In this document: positions 17,501 through 24,511 of the stretch, piece after piece
Numbering within the stretch: position 1 is the stretch's first letter
Layout: every line of letters starts with the position of its first letter
NCBI GenBank assembly: GCA_051747805.1
Contig: JBNJGP010000041.1
Coordinates: 1 to 24,511 of the forward strand
Source: Candidatus Muiribacteriota bacterium
Lineage (GTDB): Bacteria; Muiribacteriota; Muiribacteriia; Muiribacteriales; Muiribacteriaceae
Length of the DNA stretch: 24,511 bases
Direction: 5' to 3'
Translations under genes and position numbers: made by a program
The notes under the pieces: model-generated
The model's database searches: none
Told to the model about the DNA's origin: nothing
Seen by the model: only the letters and a program-made list of their open reading frames with translations

Positions 17501-20500
17501 ACTCCCCCGCCTGTTGCTTTAATTGATCCAGTAAATGACGAAATTATACATACTGATGCAGTTTCTTTTTCATGGGAGGCTTTAAGTCCCCATCCTGATG
17601 ATTATGTAATTCAAATATCTTCATCGGGGGATTTTTTAACAGATTTAATATATAATGAAGAACTGACAGTTGAGACATCGCATAATATTTCTGGAATATT
17701 TCAACCCGGCGAAACTTATTATTGGCGGGTATATGGTAAAAATGCAGAAAATTATAATGATGGGGCAGCCGAAATAAGAAGTTTTACCCTCCACGAAGAT
17801 GTTCAGCCCGGGGTTCCGCTTCCTGTCACTTTAATAAGTCCAGAAGATGATGAAAATCTTTCTACTACAAACGTTGAATTCAGCTGGGAAGGATTAGAGG
17901 TTGAACCGGACACATATACTATTCAAATAAGTATGGACAATAGTTTTAGCACTCCTGTTGAATATCATCAGGAACTATTAGGTCATGCCACAAGTCATAC
18001 GGTGAGTGATATTCTATCTGATGATGAAATTTATTACTGGCGCGTCTATGGTGAAAGAGATGACTTAAGTGCTCCTAAAGAAGCTGAAATTAGAAGTTTC
18101 TATATTGAGTCGGGAAGTACTGGTGATGATCCTGCACCTTCCGGGGTTACATTAATAAGCCCTTCAGATGGTCTCCAGACTACTGATCAAACACCAGCTT
18201 TTACCTGGTATAAGCTTGAGGACTCTCCTGATTATTATAAAATTGAAATTTCTTCAAATTCCAGTTTTGCAAATATAATTGAGGAAGCTACAGTAGAGGC
18301 TAATATATCAGAATATAGTTTAACTTCATCATTAGATACTGGAAATACTTATTACTGGAGAGTTTATGGTGTTGCCGGCACGTCAAGTGCTCCTGAAGAA
18401 GCCGATATATGGAGTTTTTCTATTGCAGAACATGATGGAACCAATCCACTTCCGGTAACGCTCATATCACCTGAAAATGCAGAGGACCTTGTTTCTACAT
18501 CGGCAGTATTTAACTGGGAAGAGCTCGATTTAACACCCGATTATTATGTTTTAGAAATTGCAGATGATTCAGCTTTTAATTCCATAAAGTATACAAACTC
18601 AACAACAGATAATTCATATATTCTTTCAGATGGTATTTTAGAGCTTGATTCTATTTATTACTGGAGAATTTATGCGGTAGAAGATGAAAACAGTAATTCT
18701 GATGAAGCTGAAGTTAGATATTTATATACTGGGAAGACTGCACCGGATAGAGTTTTAACCGAGGCAATATATGAGGTGGTACCATCGACAGCGCTGGCGG
18801 ATACAAGGACAGAGATAAGCATATACACAAAAGCCAATATAGATGAAAGTTATGACAGTGGATTTGACATAATAAAAATAGACAAAACAGATTTGAGCCA
18901 GGTATATATAGAAGAGGCGGCAATGTATGTTGGGGAGGAAGAATATACAAGAAGAAGCAACCCGACAGGGAAGCAGTTTGAAATAGAAGAAAACGGGAAC
19001 ATATTAGAAGTAAAAGTAGGAGAAGTGCTTGGTTCGGCGATGAGTGAAGAAATAATAGAAATAAAGATAGAGGGAGAGATAAGTGGAGAAGCTGGAGAAG
19101 AAAGAATAATAACAGCTGGATATGAGCATAGTGGATATGAAATAGAGGCAGAGGCGGGAAGGATAAGCCCTGGAAACGGGGATGGTATAGAAGAAAACAC
19201 AAATAGCAACTATATAAAAATAGGGAATGTAATAGAAGAGGTAAGGGCGGAAATAGTACCGACAAAAGCGGGAGTAGATACAGAAGTAAAAAGTAGTATG
19301 TATATAAGAATAGAAAGCGGTGCTGACAGTATCGGAGTAGATCAGATAGAAATAACAGTGCCGTCGGAGTTTGAAGGGATAAAAGCAGAAAGCATGAAAG
19401 CATGGGTAGATTATGAAGATGTAACGGAGGCAAGTGAATTTGAAATAAACGGGCAGCAGATACTGATAAATTTTGAACAGATATATATAGGAAATAGAGA
19501 AATAAAAATAGAAAAGAGAATAAAAACGCCAAATTCAACAGTGTCGCAGGAATTTGAGGTATATGCAAATAATAGAGGAAGCAATGCGGGAAAGAAGGCA
19601 GAGGCGGGTAATATAATAGAAGGAGAAGGAGAAGGAAGCCTGAATCTTGAGACAGGACAAATAGTAAATAGTGGATATGGGCAGATAAATCCTTATATGG
19701 TAAGCGGAGGAGAAGAAAGAGAGTATGAGTTGCAGATAAAGCCGGTAATAGAGGAAGGAAATTTTGGAATAAATCAGATAAGAATAGAAACAGGAGAGCA
19801 TCTAAAGCAGACAGAGTATAAAAAATTAGAGATAGACGGAGAGGAACTTGTAATAGTAAGTGCAGAATATCCTTCAAACGCAGGAGAGGCAAGTATAAAC
19901 GAGAGAGAAGGAGAAGAGGGGAAATATATAGAAATAAATTTTGGAAAGACCTATGATAAAGAGTACAGTGAGAAAATAATAAAATATACAAATAATATGG
20001 AAACAGCAGATATAAGCAGTGAGGGAGAAGAAATAAAGGTATATCTGCAAAATAGAGAAATAGGTGGAGGGATAAGTGTAAACGCGGCAGATGTGGACGG
20101 AGAGGCAAATAATCCAGTAGATGAAACAGAGTCGCTGACAGTAAAAGTACTGAAGCCGGCCGAAAAATTAACAACCGTGATAAAACCAGAGAGAGCAGTA
20201 TCGGGAAGCAAGACAGAGGTGGAGCATGAAGGAAATATAGAAATAACCCCAGAAATAAACAGCGGAATAAATATAATAAAGGCAGAAGTGTCAGAGGGAA
20301 ATAAGATAATAAGTGAAGAAGCAGAAATAAAAATATATATAAATGAGCAGGAACAAAATTATGTAGAAGAAGGAGCGACAGAGGGAGAGGTAGAAATAGA
20401 AAAAGATGGAGAAAATAAAATAATAATAAAAACAGGAAGCTTAATAGAAGCAGACGGGCAGATAAAAATAGAATATGAGGTGGAGTTTATAGAAACAAGC

Positions 20501-23500
20501 GGAATAGAAGTAGAGTTTAATATGTATGTAGATAACGAGGAGCTTAAATCAGAACTTGAGACAGAAGAGAAGCAGCAAATAAGTTTAGGCAGATTAATGA
20601 GTGAAGGAAAAGCAGAATTATATATAGAAAGTGTAAACGAGGAAACAAACACGGCGGCCTATGGAAGTGAGGGAATAGGGGTAAAAATAACAGGTTGGCC
20701 AGAATTCACATATGAGGAAGGATTTGGATTTACGCATTTAGAATTAGAGTTAGATGAACTATTAAGTGTAGGAACGGAAGTAGAGGAGCCAAAGTTGACA
20801 ATAGGCGAGGTAGAATTTAAAACAATAACATCGGGAGAGCCTGAATCAGATGAGATAAAAGTAGAAATAACAGAAAAGAAAATAGAAATGGAGTTTGGAA
20901 AAAAAATAGATATGGATTATCCATCAGGTAAAAAGGTACAGCTGGAAGTAGAAGTGGAAGCGGCAGAAGAGGAAGGAGAAAGCAGAGTAAGATTATATGG
21001 AAGAAATGAAGAACAAGAGGAGTTGAGGCAGGAATTTGAAGAAGGTAATACACAAATAGCAAATAATCCAACAGGAGAAATGAGAATAAATATAATAAAA
21101 ACACCGGCGAGAGAGCTTGTAGGGCAGATATATCCTGGACATGTAAAACCCGGGGTAAAAGGAGAGGAGTTTGAGATAAGCGTATATGGGGAATTTGGAG
21201 AGAATAATGCGGGAATAAAAAGATTCAGAGCATATGTGCCACAGGGATTTGGGAACTGGAATTTTGTAGAAGATAAAATAGAAATAAACGGAGAAGAATA
21301 TACAAAAACAACAAATCCAAGTCCTGTAGGGAAAAGGGTATATATAGAAAAAGAAGAGCAGTATTTTGAGTTAACGCTGGGAGATAAATTAGAAAAGAAA
21401 GGAGAGCAGCAGGAATATATAGTAAGAATAAATATAGAGATGAATACGCCAATAACACAGAATGCGCCAGTAGGGCAGAAGTTTAAGATATATGCCTATC
21501 CGGAAGAAGGGGCGGCAATGATAGTGAAGGAAGGAGAAGTAGAGGGGAATCCATCGACAATAGAGGGAATGAGAGTAATAACGGCAAGAACAGTAAATAG
21601 TGCAGAAGGGGAACTGAAAGTAGTAAGTTCAGACGGAAGCTTTTATGGAGAAGAAGAAAACCTTGTAATGGTAAACAGCATAGGAAATGAGGTGAGCTAT
21701 TATATAAAGTTAAATTATGTAGAAGGAAACAGAGGAGTAAATCTGATAAGAATAGAGGTTCCTGAAAGTTATACAAATATAGGATTTGAAGAGCTAAGAG
21801 TAAACGGAGAGTATGAAGAAGTAGCATATAGTGTGCAGGAAAGTAATAATTTATATATAGGAATAGAAGAAGAGTTGATGGGAGAGGGTCATATAAGAAT
21901 AGATATGACAATAAATGCTCCCGGAGAGACAGATGAAGGAGAAGAATTTAAAGGATATGTGGACAGGCATTATAATGAGGATTTCAGTCAGCCGGACGGA
22001 AATGAACTTGCAGAGGAAGTAACAGAGGGGAACGTAACAGAAGAAGCAGACAGCGGAAGTATAAAAGTATATACAGTACAGACGCCAGCGCTGGGAGTAA
22101 CAGGAGAAATATATCCAGAAACAGTATATATAAACAGGCAGGAAGAATTTGAATTAACAGTAATGCCACAGATAACAGAGTATAACAGTGGAGTAGATAT
22201 AATAAGAGTAGAAGTGCCAGAAAGTTTAAAAGAAAGAGAGATAGTAGAAATAGAAGCAAAAGGAGTAAAACTGACAGAAGAGAGTGATTATACAATAGAA
22301 GAAGAAAAAAATATATATACAATAAATTTAGCAGAAAAAATAAAACATACAGATTCAAATAAAAGTGTAAAGATAAAATTTGAGGGAGAAACAGGAGAAG
22401 AGCCAGTATATGTAGAAAATAAAGTAGAGGTATATATAAATGACAGTGAAAATGACAGAATACAGAAAGTAGCAGAGGGAAGTACAGGAGTAGCAACTAA
22501 TCCAACAGGAAGCTTGAATGTAGAAATAAGAGCAATAGCGACAATAGCAAGAGGAGAATTAAATCCGAATTATATACATAGAGGAAAAGAAGAAAAAGAG
22601 TTTGAGTTGATAAAAGAGTTTGAATTTAATGAAAGAGATACCGGAGTAAATAAAATAGAGTGTGAGATACCAGAGGTATATGATGGGAACACAAAGATAG
22701 AAGAAAGTAAAGTAAGTATAAACGGAGAGGAGCTGGAAGTAATAAATCTGGGATTTCCAGCAGATGATGAAGTATTAATGGAGTACAGGCAGGAAGAAAG
22801 AGAAGGAGAAACAAGGGGAATAATAATACAGAGATATGGAAGGACAATAGAGGAAAAAAGTCAGATAAAAACAACATTTAAGCTGTCGGCACCAGAAGAG
22901 ATAATAAGCGATAGACTAAGGGTAGAGTTGATAAACGAAGAAAATGATATAAAGCAGGAAGTAAGAGGAAAAACAGAGGGAAGTTATGTAATATCAACAG
23001 AGGATGCAAGAGTAGATTATGAACAAGTAAGTACAGAGGTAGAACCTGAAGGAGAAGGGAACTGGAAGATAGAGCTTACAATACCGTTTACGGTGAGGAT
23101 GAACACATTTTACCCGGGACTGGAAGTATATTTAGAAAACAGAAAGGCAAAGATAATAAAATACAGCAACAGAAGATATCCAACAGAAAATGATGAAGAG
23201 GTAGGAGTAATAAAGGCAGAGGTAAAAGTGCCGTATGAAGAATTCAGAGGAGGGGAAAATAATATACTAACAGTAAAAAATATAGAGGACGGAAGAAATA
23301 ATAAATTAGGAGATATAACAGAGACAATAGGGATAGGATATGGAATAGCAATGTCGGTATTTGTAAACCCGGTAGATAGAAGAAGTCTAAGAATAGTAAC
23401 AAGGCAGACAGAGCCGTTAAGAGAAGGACATAGTATAAGGTATGAGGTAAGGGAATTTCAGGGAAGCCCAGAAAGAACGGGAGTAAGAAAACAGAGTGCG

Positions 23501-24511
23501 GGAATATATTCAGGAGTATATAAAATAGAAAAAGATGGAAGGCCAATAATAACGGCATCAATATATGATGAGAACGAAAACAGGTTAAAATTGAGCTCAA
23601 GAGAGTATAATACGATAATGCTGAGTCCAGCCGCGGAAAAAGAAATAGAGCTGACAGAAAAAATAAAAATGACAGTAGAAAAAGAAACAGTAGAAAAAGA
23701 AGAGTTAATGCTGGTAAAAATAAGAGAAAAAGAAGAGGAAGTCAAAGCAAGTTATGGTCCATCAGAGGAAGAAGAGAAGGAAAAGGAGCAAAAGAAACTG
23801 TATGAGAAAGAAGAAATAGAAATAAAAATAAGCCAGAAATTAAACAGGGCAATAAAATTAAAAGAGGAAAAAGAGGATAAAAAGAAATTAATATATAAAA
23901 GAAAAGAGGACGGAAGTCTGGAGTATAAAACAAGAATAAAAGAAGGATATTATAGAATAAAGGAAGCGGGAGTATATGTAACGGCAAGAGATGAGGGAGA
24001 GCCAGAAATAGCAAGCTGGGAAGAAAGAGGAAACATAATATATTATGAGATAGAAGACAGAGAAAGCCGTGTAGAGAAGACAAGAATCAGTGTAAATAAC
24101 ATGGGATATGAAAATATAGCACCGAGAGGTAAAATAAGATTGCAGGAAGGAATAAATAAAATAGAGCTTGAGGCAGAAGATGCTGCGGGTAACAAGGTAA
24201 GCAGGACGGCGACGGTAATGGGAGCAGCAAGTCAGAGTATAGAAAGACTGAGCATATATCCAAATCCGGCGGTAGATTATGTATTATTTGACATAGAGGG
24301 TAGTTCGGGTGCAGAATATAGAATAAGAATATATGATATAAGCGGAAGAGCGGTAAAAGAAGAGAGAGTGATGAGTATAAGCGGAGAGACAAAACATATG
24401 TGGGATTTAAGAGATAAAAGAGGAAGCAAAGTGGCAGGCGGGACATATGTGTATGAAGTAGAGGGAGATGGGAAAATATTAAAAAGAGGCAAGTTGTCTA
24501 TTGTTAGATAG
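14588..24511 (+). CDS. Giant (3307 aa) acidic secreted or surface protein: signal peptide, tandem FN3/Ig-like repeats, second Ig-like repeat family, C-terminal T9SS type-A sorting/FlgD-Ig-like domain
   Basis: Uninterrupted 9924-nt ORF. Signal peptide MNKFYLKKPFLILLYCLIIVISVCA. The C-terminus reads IYPNP...IRIYDISGRAVK...WDLRDKRGSKVAGGTYVYEV...KLSIVR. Confidence 0.92.
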   Translation: MNKFYLKKPFLILLYCLIIVISVCANPEVVHPIQGTQVENAYVKVEWNHGSDLPDAYKIKAWVVGIPEETIEGEVPGNVNYRWVGPLGNAAFEWELYAIVDGVEVPITEDPIGFSIDAPEGYIWDVEDGNAFYSEFVNKTSPLDAADIEDTQPQFQWQQSASFDNYRIILSNNSEFLDDDETGLSDGNFVLRAETTSDNHTFDTVLAEEHLYYWRVLGLSDGCFNPATAEVNTFTVGYPEGVVILTLPQNGDTLNDSEVTFGWEQLEPAPDTYEIQISSNDTFTNIVHQESLILQETTYTVPYGVLSFDSTYYWRVYPDYEGDEPQPEEATVWNFSLQHEIDDPPPPVVLDSPNHGVTFESAQITFSWHPLSPEPDKYYFEIANDEFFSSPIAHGPVELGNTETDYTTPTESLEMGETYYWRVYAELNGLSEPDAADSRSFHLESDVEIPPEVTLISPSNTAVINSESVDFTWEYQDPNPDKYILQISTNDSFLGGIIYDEELEGYTTSFSADAGLSYDNTYYWRVYGINYDGENELSNPEGADIREFSLEEDPDADTPGKVNLVSPLNGAVLNTEIVEFYWQQLDEIPDNYVFELAQDSGFTSSQEFTVGGNTTNYTVSSGLSFNNTYYWRVYGIKNDASNPEGATIRSFSLEEDESEAPPPVTLVNPGHDALLNEDEVTFLWEKLIPYPDSYIIQVSTSSNITGGIVFENTLDGSTSSQHVSSELSFGNTYYWRVYGVKDGYSNPGEAIIRSFNIDYAEGDVPSPVNLLQPENEAMLSSTAIEFSWEGLSPAPDNYVLQVSEDSHFSTLFYNQELSGIETVQSVSGLVEGNTYYWRVYGKNAENYNDGAAEIRMFSIIDDSGGVEAPSPVTLISPEDGAIINQTEINFLWQALDEEVDNYILQIAASNDFQNDLIENEILSSESTSYFLSGGISFNNTYYWRVYGVKSSQSDSASAQVRNFSVEELDEHTPPPVALIDPVNDEIIHTDAVSFSWEALSPHPDDYVIQISSSGDFLTDLIYNEELTVETSHNISGIFQPGETYYWRVYGKNAENYNDGAAEIRSFTLHEDVQPGVPLPVTLISPEDDENLSTTNVEFSWEGLEVEPDTYTIQISMDNSFSTPVEYHQELLGHATSHTVSDILSDDEIYYWRVYGERDDLSAPKEAEIRSFYIESGSTGDDPAPSGVTLISPSDGLQTTDQTPAFTWYKLEDSPDYYKIEISSNSSFANIIEEATVEANISEYSLTSSLDTGNTYYWRVYGVAGTSSAPEEADIWSFSIAEHDGTNPLPVTLISPENAEDLVSTSAVFNWEELDLTPDYYVLEIADDSAFNSIKYTNSTTDNSYILSDGILELDSIYYWRIYAVEDENSNSDEAEVRYLYTGKTAPDRVLTEAIYEVVPSTALADTRTEISIYTKANIDESYDSGFDIIKIDKTDLSQVYIEEAAMYVGEEEYTRRSNPTGKQFEIEENGNILEVKVGEVLGSAMSEEIIEIKIEGEISGEAGEERIITAGYEHSGYEIEAEAGRISPGNGDGIEENTNSNYIKIGNVIEEVRAEIVPTKAGVDTEVKSSMYIRIESGADSIGVDQIEITVPSEFEGIKAESMKAWVDYEDVTEASEFEINGQQILINFEQIYIGNREIKIEKRIKTPNSTVSQEFEVYANNRGSNAGKKAEAGNIIEGEGEGSLNLETGQIVNSGYGQINPYMVSGGEEREYELQIKPVIEEGNFGINQIRIETGEHLKQTEYKKLEIDGEELVIVSAEYPSNAGEASINEREGEEGKYIEINFGKTYDKEYSEKIIKYTNNMETADISSEGEEIKVYLQNREIGGGISVNAADVDGEANNPVDETESLTVKVLKPAEKLTTVIKPERAVSGSKTEVEHEGNIEITPEINSGINIIKAEVSEGNKIISEEAEIKIYINEQEQNYVEEGATEGEVEIEKDGENKIIIKTGSLIEADGQIKIEYEVEFIETSGIEVEFNMYVDNEELKSELETEEKQQISLGRLMSEGKAELYIESVNEETNTAAYGSEGIGVKITGWPEFTYEEGFGFTHLELELDELLSVGTEVEEPKLTIGEVEFKTITSGEPESDEIKVEITEKKIEMEFGKKIDMDYPSGKKVQLEVEVEAAEEEGESRVRLYGRNEEQEELRQEFEEGNTQIANNPTGEMRINIIKTPARELVGQIYPGHVKPGVKGEEFEISVYGEFGENNAGIKRFRAYVPQGFGNWNFVEDKIEINGEEYTKTTNPSPVGKRVYIEKEEQYFELTLGDKLEKKGEQQEYIVRINIEMNTPITQNAPVGQKFKIYAYPEEGAAMIVKEGEVEGNPSTIEGMRVITARTVNSAEGELKVVSSDGSFYGEEENLVMVNSIGNEVSYYIKLNYVEGNRGVNLIRIEVPESYTNIGFEELRVNGEYEEVAYSVQESNNLYIGIEEELMGEGHIRIDMTINAPGETDEGEEFKGYVDRHYNEDFSQPDGNELAEEVTEGNVTEEADSGSIKVYTVQTPALGVTGEIYPETVYINRQEEFELTVMPQITEYNSGVDIIRVEVPESLKEREIVEIEAKGVKLTEESDYTIEEEKNIYTINLAEKIKHTDSNKSVKIKFEGETGEEPVYVENKVEVYINDSENDRIQKVAEGSTGVATNPTGSLNVEIRAIATIARGELNPNYIHRGKEEKEFELIKEFEFNERDTGVNKIECEIPEVYDGNTKIEESKVSINGEELEVINLGFPADDEVLMEYRQEEREGETRGIIIQRYGRTIEEKSQIKTTFKLSAPEEIISDRLRVELINEENDIKQEVRGKTEGSYVISTEDARVDYEQVSTEVEPEGEGNWKIELTIPFTVRMNTFYPGLEVYLENRKAKIIKYSNRRYPTENDEEVGVIKAEVKVPYEEFRGGENNILTVKNIEDGRNNKLGDITETIGIGYGIAMSVFVNPVDRRSLRIVTRQTEPLREGHSIRYEVREFQGSPERTGVRKQSAGIYSGVYKIEKDGRPIITASIYDENENRLKLSSREYNTIMLSPAAEKEIELTEKIKMTVEKETVEKEELMLVKIREKEEEVKASYGPSEEEEKEKEQKKLYEKEEIEIKISQKLNRAIKLKEEKEDKKKLIYKRKEDGSLEYKTRIKEGYYRIKEAGVYVTARDEGEPEIASWEERGNIIYYEIEDRESRVEKTRISVNNMGYENIAPRGKIRLQEGINKIELEAEDAAGNKVSRTATVMGAASQSIERLSIYPNPAVDYVLFDIEGSSGAEYRIRIYDISGRAVKEERVMSISGETKHMWDLRDKRGSKVAGGTYVYEVEGDGKILKRGKLSIVR
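15000..18730 (+). repeat. Twelve tandem ~100-107-aa FN3/Ig-like repeats (P.VTLISP...F.W......D.Y..QIS...F......YYWRVYG......A.IRSF)
   Basis: YYWR codons start at 15221, 15521, 15842, 16151, 16472, 16784, 17090, 17408, 17717, 18032, 18350 and 18656 (spacing 300-321 nt, always a multiple of 3). A degenerate 13th unit follows the signal peptide. Confidence 0.9.
17087..17780 (+). repeat. Perfect 67-bp direct repeat (17087-17153 and 17714-17780) within repeats 7 and 9
   Basis: ACTTATTATTGGCGGGTATATGGTAAAAATGCAGAAAATTATAATGATGGGGCAGCCGAAATAAGAA occurs identically twice (TYYWRVYGKNAENYNDGAAEIR). Confidence 0.95.
18730..24493 (+). other. Purine-loaded coding region (strong A+G skew on the sense strand)
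   Basis: Hand counts of pyrimidines per 60-nt line: 33 (17341) and 32 (18541) before the boundary; 22 (18781), 20 (18841), 15 (19021), 13 (20401), 12 (22201) and 10 (23641) after it. Confidence 0.93.
18760..23000 (+). repeat. About nine diverged ~140-165-aa beta-sandwich-like repeats (G.I.P....G....F......G[VIF][DN].I.I.VP...)
   Basis: Recurring SGFDIIKID, IGVDQIEITVP, FGINQIRIE, SGINIIKAEV, FGFTHLELEL, AGIKRFRAYVP, RGVNLIRIEVP, SGVDIIRVEVP, TGVNKIECEIP, and ANNP/ATNPTGSL linkers. Boundaries are approximate. Confidence 0.65.

Noticed and set aside
17087..17780. Diversity-generating retroelement TR/VR pair
   Set aside because: The copies are identical (no adenine-specific mismatches), both lie in-frame inside the CDS, and no reverse transcriptase is in the window.
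18714..24492. Many long antisense ORFs (e.g. 18714..20174, 486 aa; 21984..22496) rich in L/F/S/P/Y
   Set aside because: They are shadows of the purine skew: TTA, CTA and TCA are rare on the + strand, so minus-strand stops are rare. The products are low-complexity with no recognisable motifs.

Overview
AT-rich bacterial chromosomal segment from a diderm organism (an Omp85/BamA-family gene is present). Positions 1-12946 form one tightly packed + strand gene run: the 3' end of a PilZ-domain gene, dut, a cytoplasmic GAF-PAS histidine kinase, a GAF-GAF-PP2C(SpoIIE)-RsbW-like fusion, a stand-alone receiver, rsfS, a HEAT-repeat protein, a small membrane protein, a 3-POTRA Omp85, a degenerate HisKA protein, ddl, two hypotheticals and a second HEAT-repeat protein. 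folC lies convergently on the - strand. A 361-bp intergenic region holds two divergent sigma70-like promoters. Between them sits an unexplained ~170-bp element: five short hairpins with different but self-complementary stems, separated by AGTAAA linkers on the left and TTTACT linkers on the right at ~22-nt spacing. Downstream is a 9.9-kb gene for a 3307-aa acidic secreted protein with 12 YYWR FN3/Ig-like repeats, about 9 longer Ig-like repeats and a T9SS-CTD/FlgD-Ig-like C-terminus. Its coding strand switches abruptly near 18730 from about 45-47% to about 63-83% purine in hand-counted 60-nt lines. The hairpin ladder and the purine-loaded half-gene are the most unusual signals. All calls come from reading motifs by eye; no database searches were run.
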